From sequence record OR354826.1: DNA of 64,000 bases; one strand, given 5' to 3'. Below, in pieces: positions 60,001 to 64,000 of this stretch. The stretch is from Staphylococcus phage S-CoN_Ph3. Under the pieces are notes generated by a model, which worked only from the letters and a program-made list of their open reading frames with translations, made no database searches and was not told where the DNA came from. The stretch's first letter is position 1. The number at the start of each line of letters is the position of its first letter. Position numbers and translations under genes: made by a program.

Positions 60001-60844
60001 CCAATAATTCTTTTCTATCCATAACGTATGTTGTATTGTAGAAACTATCAATCTCTCTATCGCCTTGAGAAGCGTTTAAGTATATTTTGTGAGCAAATGC
60101 TTGTTCTTTGTTGAGATAATGAGCATCGGTAGTTATAATTGGAGTTAAATCATACACTTTACAAAGTTGTAGTAGCATATCATTTACAATTTGTTGTTCT
60201 TGTTTCACATCAGCATTTGATTTATCATGTTTAATTGCTGGTTGTAACTCAAGATAAAAGTTCTCTTTACCTACTAAGTTAATAAAGAACATAATAAATT
60301 CATTAATCTTCTTCTTATCTTCTTTAGAATTGCTTTCATGGTATCTTAAGATAGTCTGGTTTAGTAAACTTCCGATACAACTCGAGCTGAAAATCACATC
60401 GTCTTCATAGCCCTTAATCAACTCTTCAATATCTTCAAAGTAGGTAGGAGTTCTTTCCATCCCCCTATAGAAGAAGCTATTGTTCCATTCTCTAGTTGTT
60501 AGTTTCTTCAAGAACTCATATCCATGTTGGTTCTTAGCTAGCACTAGAAAATGATAGAATGGTGTCTTTTCATTGTTTTCTCTGGCTTTTTCTATCACAT
60601 CTTTTTCTACTAAGTATATCTCATCTCCATATCCTAAGACAAAGTCTTTAAACTTGTCTTTATTATCTTCAATGTATCTGTGCGCTCTTACGTGATTACT
60701 AATTGTCGCATGGTCTGTGATAGCTATACCTGGTAGACCTAATTCTAAAGCGTAATCTAAAAGGTCTTTTGGTCTATTAATTGCATCACGTAAACGAAAG
60801 TTACTCGCATCTGTGTGATTATGAATAAGAAAAGGTTGATTCAT
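57083..60844 (-). CDS. DNA polymerase III alpha subunit-like replicative polymerase (N-terminal PHP domain)
   Basis: IHNHTDASNFRLRDAI...GLPGIAITDHATISNHV PHP motifs; 1253 aa. Confidence 0.65.
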   Translation of the reverse strand: MNQPFLIHNHTDASNFRLRDAINRPKDLLDYALELGLPGIAITDHATISNHVRAHRYIEDNKDKFKDFVLGYGDEIYLVEKDVIEKARENNEKTPFYHFLVLAKNQHGYEFLKKLTTREWNNSFFYRGMERTPTYFEDIEELIKGYEDDVIFSSSCIGSLLNQTILRYHESNSKEDKKKINEFIMFFINLVGKENFYLELQPAIKHDKSNADVKQEQQIVNDMLLQLCKVYDLTPIITTDAHYLNKEQAFAHKIYLNASQGDREIDSFYNTTYVMDRKELLEYFDDELLDRLIQNTHDLMKRLKPINFKQKTQVPNIDIPKYNDKNLFENYLDDYVYINKFKNSERDMDRYYLHLIGEGMLSHNQEFNKENLSRIDVELEQIWEISNKLDQSLSSYFVLTKDVVEMMWEVSLVGVSRGSASCFYTNYLLDIVQINAIEYKLPYWRFLNKDRPELADIDLDSESSKREEIIELAKDRYGSERVLNSCTFTTEGPKSTVITATRGYGLDVAEQHNIANLIPSEGAALWSVSDCFFGNEKKNRKPVKEFIDRVEKYDGLKDVMLSIEGLISGRSQHASSVIFYPRHYLDVNAKMKTTKGLEVTQFNAEDGQYTSELKLDFLSISALGRIREAMELLLEDGKIEWQGSLKETYDKYFHPDVLDLTSKEMFNMLSEGEIFDAFQMSSLVAENAMKKIRPETFNEIEVTNTLIRLQVDGGKEQPVDKFVRYKNNINEWYKDMENHGLNETEIELMKEHLLERNGILDTQEGIMLIVMDKRIGNSNLLFANKYRKAIAKKNEKAIEECERIFTKNILDNGHSKEFADYIINEQIGLSRKYSFSRPHVSGYTLVLMIEMNIAYKYGVGYWKTACLNINSGLEGDLTKGTDYTEVSKAVNSMRDSITLPNINKSQLKFTAQDGKVLYGLKPIIGLDTNTLDAIIENRPFKSLKDYYERMVDTKLTSTKKTISLIKSGAMDSLEELSRRHIMAELVKLEIPQKEKVTMSQLDYYRNIIPDKYDKLLALHDFRSRIKGRNKEPMNEEIEKIFIQNYSKHVDYTLEDELVIDIKSFEKYYNKEIKPLKEEIKKPQYAEEFTKKKRQEYWLKECQGTIPEWEIDTILFNSNDFVIDNKKVNERFKLSNFNELKNNPILGRNKRGFVDYEISAISGVVVGNNHVKRIVYLLTENSGVVPIKVSRKNYTIYQEKTANDESWWERGNLLVILGYKSGAAFNMRGNNIYRKPVIKIEKIKGEYHYRNEKR

Positions 60845-60845
60845 T

Positions 60846-61187
60846 TTATTGTTCCTCCATTTCTTTTAAAACTTCTATAAACTCTTTATTAATCTTATCA
60901 GAATCAACAATCTGTTTCATTTTTTCTTTTATGAAACCATTTATTTCATCCTTGTTATTAATTTCACTGTCTACGATTGGTTCATAAATGTTTGGTTTTG
61001 AAGTTATATCTATAATATCTTCTTGTGAAACTATATGTTTTACCCCTTTTACTTTATTTGTTACATGCCACATCTTAAACATTAAATAATGATTTACTTT
61101 ATTATCTCTCATGCCGTATGATAATTGAATTTCAAATAATTCGTTTTCATATTCTCTTGTAAATTCTATTTGTTTTATTAAACTCAT
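60846..61187 (-). CDS. hypothetical protein (113 aa; start at second ATG with GGAGGAAGT RBS)
   Basis: ORF directly upstream of the polymerase gene. Confidence 0.45.
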   Translation of the reverse strand: MSLIKQIEFTREYENELFEIQLSYGMRDNKVNHYLMFKMWHVTNKVKGVKHIVSQEDIIDITSKPNIYEPIVDSEINNKDEINGFIKEKMKQIVDSDKINKEFIEVLKEMEEQ

Positions 61188-61221
61188 AATACTTCCTCCC
61201 ATTAAAAAACTTGTTAAGTAT

Positions 61222-61250
61222 ATTATAGCATACTCAACAAGTTCTGTAAA
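61222..61250 (-). promoter_or_regulatory. promoter TTTACA-N17-TATAAT (minus strand) overlapped by 13-bp inverted repeat ACTTGTTAAGTAT/ATACTCAACAAGT (61209-61242)
   Basis: candidate operator spanning the -10 of the polymerase operon promoter. Confidence 0.5.
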
Positions 61251-61252
61251 GT

Positions 61253-61837
61253 CTAATTTAATTTTTTATTTAAAATAATTGTTATCAACGTAGCAATACC
61301 CATCATAACAAGGTTTACTGATTCTGTAATAATAGCACTTAAAGGCGCATGAGTTACACTCATATTAATAATCATAATACCTAATCCTGCAGCAAACCCT
61401 ATATATAATAAGTAATTAACGCCTTGTGCTGTCTTTTTATATATTAAGTGAATTATTTGTTCTAAATATGCAAAAGCAATTAGAAATGATGACCAATGTT
61501 GAACTATGTCATTAGGAACCCAATAAACAAGTATACTTGCTGCAAAAGAAAACATCATCAAATACACCCATATACCATAGAAACTATGTTTTTTATAAGC
61601 AACAATCAATAATATCAAAAATGCAATTGCAGCATTAATACATTGTGGTACTATTACATACCACACAGCACTTTCCTCAATAAGTGTTGAAGCAGTTATA
61701 GCAGTTGCTAATGCAATAGATAGCCAAAATATTTTAGAAACTCCTTTAATCTGTTTATGAGCAATTAATGATTTTATCTGTGGAAAATATGATAAAAGAA
61801 AAATAATGGAAACAAACACCCCAAGAATAACTTGCAT
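61253..61837 (-). CDS. polytopic membrane protein (194 aa; PnuC-like transporter possible)
   Basis: 6-7 hydrophobic helices with several Trp. Confidence 0.4.
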   Translation of the reverse strand: MQVILGVFVSIIFLLSYFPQIKSLIAHKQIKGVSKIFWLSIALATAITASTLIEESAVWYVIVPQCINAAIAFLILLIVAYKKHSFYGIWVYLMMFSFAASILVYWVPNDIVQHWSSFLIAFAYLEQIIHLIYKKTAQGVNYLLYIGFAAGLGIMIINMSVTHAPLSAIITESVNLVMMGIATLITIILNKKLN

Positions 61838-61899
61838 ACAACATTCCTCCTATTTATAAATTTAGGGCAAGTAAAAACCTGCCCTTTAAAAGTTAAGTT

Positions 61900-62919
61900 T
61901 TATTCTTTGATTAATTTTAATCCATCTGCAGCATGAACCCAACCTTTTGAGAATACACCGAATTTATCATACCCTGCTAAATAAACGTATTCAACATCTT
62001 CTTTGCCGTGACCAGTAACAATACCGTAACCACCTTCTTCTATCCCACCAAATGATTCTAGGACTTCCACAAGGTCTCCTTGTTCAAATTTTCTTTCTCT
62101 TTTTACATATGTTTCTTCTGACGTCGGAGTTAGTTTGGCATTTTTTAATTGTTCTTCAAATTCACTAGTTGTCAAAACAACAGGAAGTGTATCTTCTTTA
62201 GCATCAATACGTACTATATGCTCATCAATTTTATTAGTTAATTCAACATATTCATTATGAACAAAATCTCCAAATCGGTCTTCTATTTTACCTTCAATAA
62301 AGTAAGTCCCGTTTTTTAAATCTTCAATTTTTAATTCAGATTTATTATTGCCGTTTTTATATTCCTCTTCTGTTAAAAATTCCACATCTTTAATCGTATC
62401 AAAACGTTTATAAACAGAAATATCGTCATCTTCATCAGCGCTATAAAAAATATAATATTCATCTGAAATTCTTCTAAGTTCTATTTCTCCATATAAAACA
62501 TCATCTGAATTTACGTCATCTACAATTTTTTCTACATAATATTTTTTCCCAACAATCATGTCTTCATTGTAGAGTTCGTCATCTTCATAAAACTCAATTT
62601 CATTAATTTTGTCAACATCATCAAAATAAACTAATACCATATTTCTAGTCTTTTCCTCAATGAATAAGTAGCTAATTTCATCAATACTTAGTCTTACAGC
62701 TCCAGAAACCTCATCAGAGTCATCTCTTAATGGTTTAATATAATAAATCTTATCATGTTCTAAGTTTAAAGGATTCTTTTCCTGTTCTACATTATCTTCT
62801 TTTTTATTTACAAGCTCATCTTGGTCGTCTTCTTTAATTTTTCGTAAAAAATCACATACTTCTTCAATAGTACCTTCTGTCGTAACTTCATTTCCATTAA
62901 TAGTTGTTGTAATTTTCAT
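61900..62919 (-). CDS. hypothetical protein (339 aa)
   Basis: ORF with AAGGAG RBS. Confidence 0.5.
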   Translation of the reverse strand: MKITTTINGNEVTTEGTIEEVCDFLRKIKEDDQDELVNKKEDNVEQEKNPLNLEHDKIYYIKPLRDDSDEVSGAVRLSIDEISYLFIEEKTRNMVLVYFDDVDKINEIEFYEDDELYNEDMIVGKKYYVEKIVDDVNSDDVLYGEIELRRISDEYYIFYSADEDDDISVYKRFDTIKDVEFLTEEEYKNGNNKSELKIEDLKNGTYFIEGKIEDRFGDFVHNEYVELTNKIDEHIVRIDAKEDTLPVVLTTSEFEEQLKNAKLTPTSEETYVKRERKFEQGDLVEVLESFGGIEEGGYGIVTGHGKEDVEYVYLAGYDKFGVFSKGWVHAADGLKLIKE

Positions 62920-62953
62920 AATAATTATTCTCCTTTTTTATTAATCTAATATT

Positions 62954-62982
62954 ATTATATCGTATGACTAATGATTTGTCAA
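62954..62982 (-). promoter_or_regulatory. sigma-A type promoter TTGACA-N17-TATAAT (minus strand)
   Basis: perfect consensus; no flanking hairpin noted here. Confidence 0.6.
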
Positions 62983-63031
62983 GCGTTTTATAAAAATCAA
63001 AGGTGGAATTTTCCACCAATGATTGATATAA

Positions 63032-63460
63032 TTATAATTCTTTAATATCTCCTTCTTCAACATAACAAAAACTAATTAAATAAGAATCGTACTCATCGTC
63101 TTCATCAACAAATAGGTAAGATGTTTTGTCGATATTGTCTAGGATTAATTCTCTTTCAATTGTTTTTCCTTTATAGCTTGACAAGAAATATTTTTCTCCC
63201 TCATAAAGATTTAAAGGGTTGTTATCGCTAATACTGCCTACTACTTTTACAATATCTTCAACATCTTCTAATTCTGCGACAAATAAACTCTCTGCTGCAT
63301 GTACTAAATACTCTCCGTCTACATTAATAACACAGCCTCTATCGCCTTTCTTAAAATTATTTTTATCGTCGAAAGCAAAGAAAAAGTGTGTTGGTATAAT
63401 ACTATCAAAATCATCTAAAAATTCTACTACATCATGTTCTTTAATATTAGGTTTTACCAT
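63032..63460 (-). CDS. hypothetical protein (142 aa)
   Basis: ORF. Confidence 0.45.
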   Translation of the reverse strand: MVKPNIKEHDVVEFLDDFDSIIPTHFFFAFDDKNNFKKGDRGCVINVDGEYLVHAAESLFVAELEDVEDIVKVVGSISDNNPLNLYEGEKYFLSSYKGKTIERELILDNIDKTSYLFVDEDDEYDSYLISFCYVEEGDIKEL

Positions 63461-63540
63461 AAATAATCTCTCCTAGTTATTGTTTTATGTTACATATATA
63501 TCTTAACATGACAGTATATATCTTGTCAATATATTTTTAA

Positions 63541-64000
63541 TTAATTTCCACCTAATTTTTCTAATTCTTTTTTAACTTCTTCCCAAGACACAAACCCTTT
63601 ACCATTGGTTAATGATAAAATTACGCCATACAAAAATTGATTAAAAGCTACTTCTGTTCTATAGGGGTCATCATAAGTGTGTCCATTTCCTTCTCTAATA
63701 TCAGAAGAATAGATAAGTACAGGTTTATCAATAATTTTTTGCTGTTCTTTAATTTCATCTTCTAATGTTTCAGCCACTTCTGTAATATTACCTTCCACAT
63801 CACAATAATTAATATCTAAAATCTCTTTCAATCTATCAATTGTAATTTGTGCTTGCCTTTTCATACCAAGTAAAATGCTTAATTCTGAAATTGTTCCAGT
63901 AGCATGGTTCAGTATATCAAATGTAAAAATGTCACACTCTAGCATTGCATTATAATCATTATTTAATATTCTTTCAGCTAATCCTTTTTGTACAGCTTTA
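63541..64000 (-). CDS. hypothetical protein, partial (continues beyond window)
   Basis: ORF open to the window edge. Confidence 0.35.
   Translation of the reverse strand, partial: KAVQKGLAERILNNDYNAMLECDIFTFDILNHATGTISELSILLGMKRQAQITIDRLKEILDINYCDVEGNITEVAETLEDEIKEQQKIIDKPVLIYSSDIREGNGHTYDDPYRTEVAFNQFLYGVILSLTNGKGFVSWEEVKKELEKLGGN

Noticed and set aside
1-64000. CRISPR arrays and rRNA genes
   Set aside because: no regularly spaced direct repeats of 24-48 bp and no rRNA-like conserved stretches seen; the only RNA gene supported is the tRNA at 11184-11257

Overview
This window is a contiguous stretch of a tailed-phage genome with low GC content, most likely from a siphovirus infecting Staphylococcus or a close relative. 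That call rests on a phi11-type holin and a LysK-like CHAP-amidase-SH3b endolysin. Minus-strand early and replication genes sit at both ends: small ORFs at 1-5300, and at 43.7-64 kb a guanylate kinase-like protein, a Pnkp-like kinase-phosphatase-ligase, an SPFH protein, a DnaE-like polymerase and an HNH nuclease. They flank one long plus-strand late module (6.2-43.7 kb). In order it encodes HNH, P27-type TerS, a TROVE/Ro60-like vWA protein, HNH, a metallophosphoesterase, a tRNA-Pro, split TerL, portal, prohead protease, capsid, connector and tail genes, a G-T frameshift, two tape-measure-like ORFs, tail lysin, Dit, a split Tal, a pectate-lyase-like spike, fibre, holin, a thrice-split endolysin and a tyrosine recombinase. 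The most notable features are these. There are three apparent group I introns, one in terL carrying a GIY-YIG ORF and two in the endolysin that share R/S core elements, one of them carrying an HNH ORF. An accessory island between terS and terL holds a Ro60-like TROVE+vWA protein followed directly by three tandem hairpins with covarying stems and a conserved loop motif, bounded by 15-bp direct repeats. Together with the downstream tRNA and the Pnkp-like RNA-repair enzyme this points to a phage RNA-centred (RNP/RNA-repair) system. Nine minus-strand promoters with near-perfect TTGACA-N17/18-TATAAT geometry were also found, most with the -35 buried in or abutting a GC-rich hairpin. All functional calls are inferred from motifs read in the sequence and no database search was possible.
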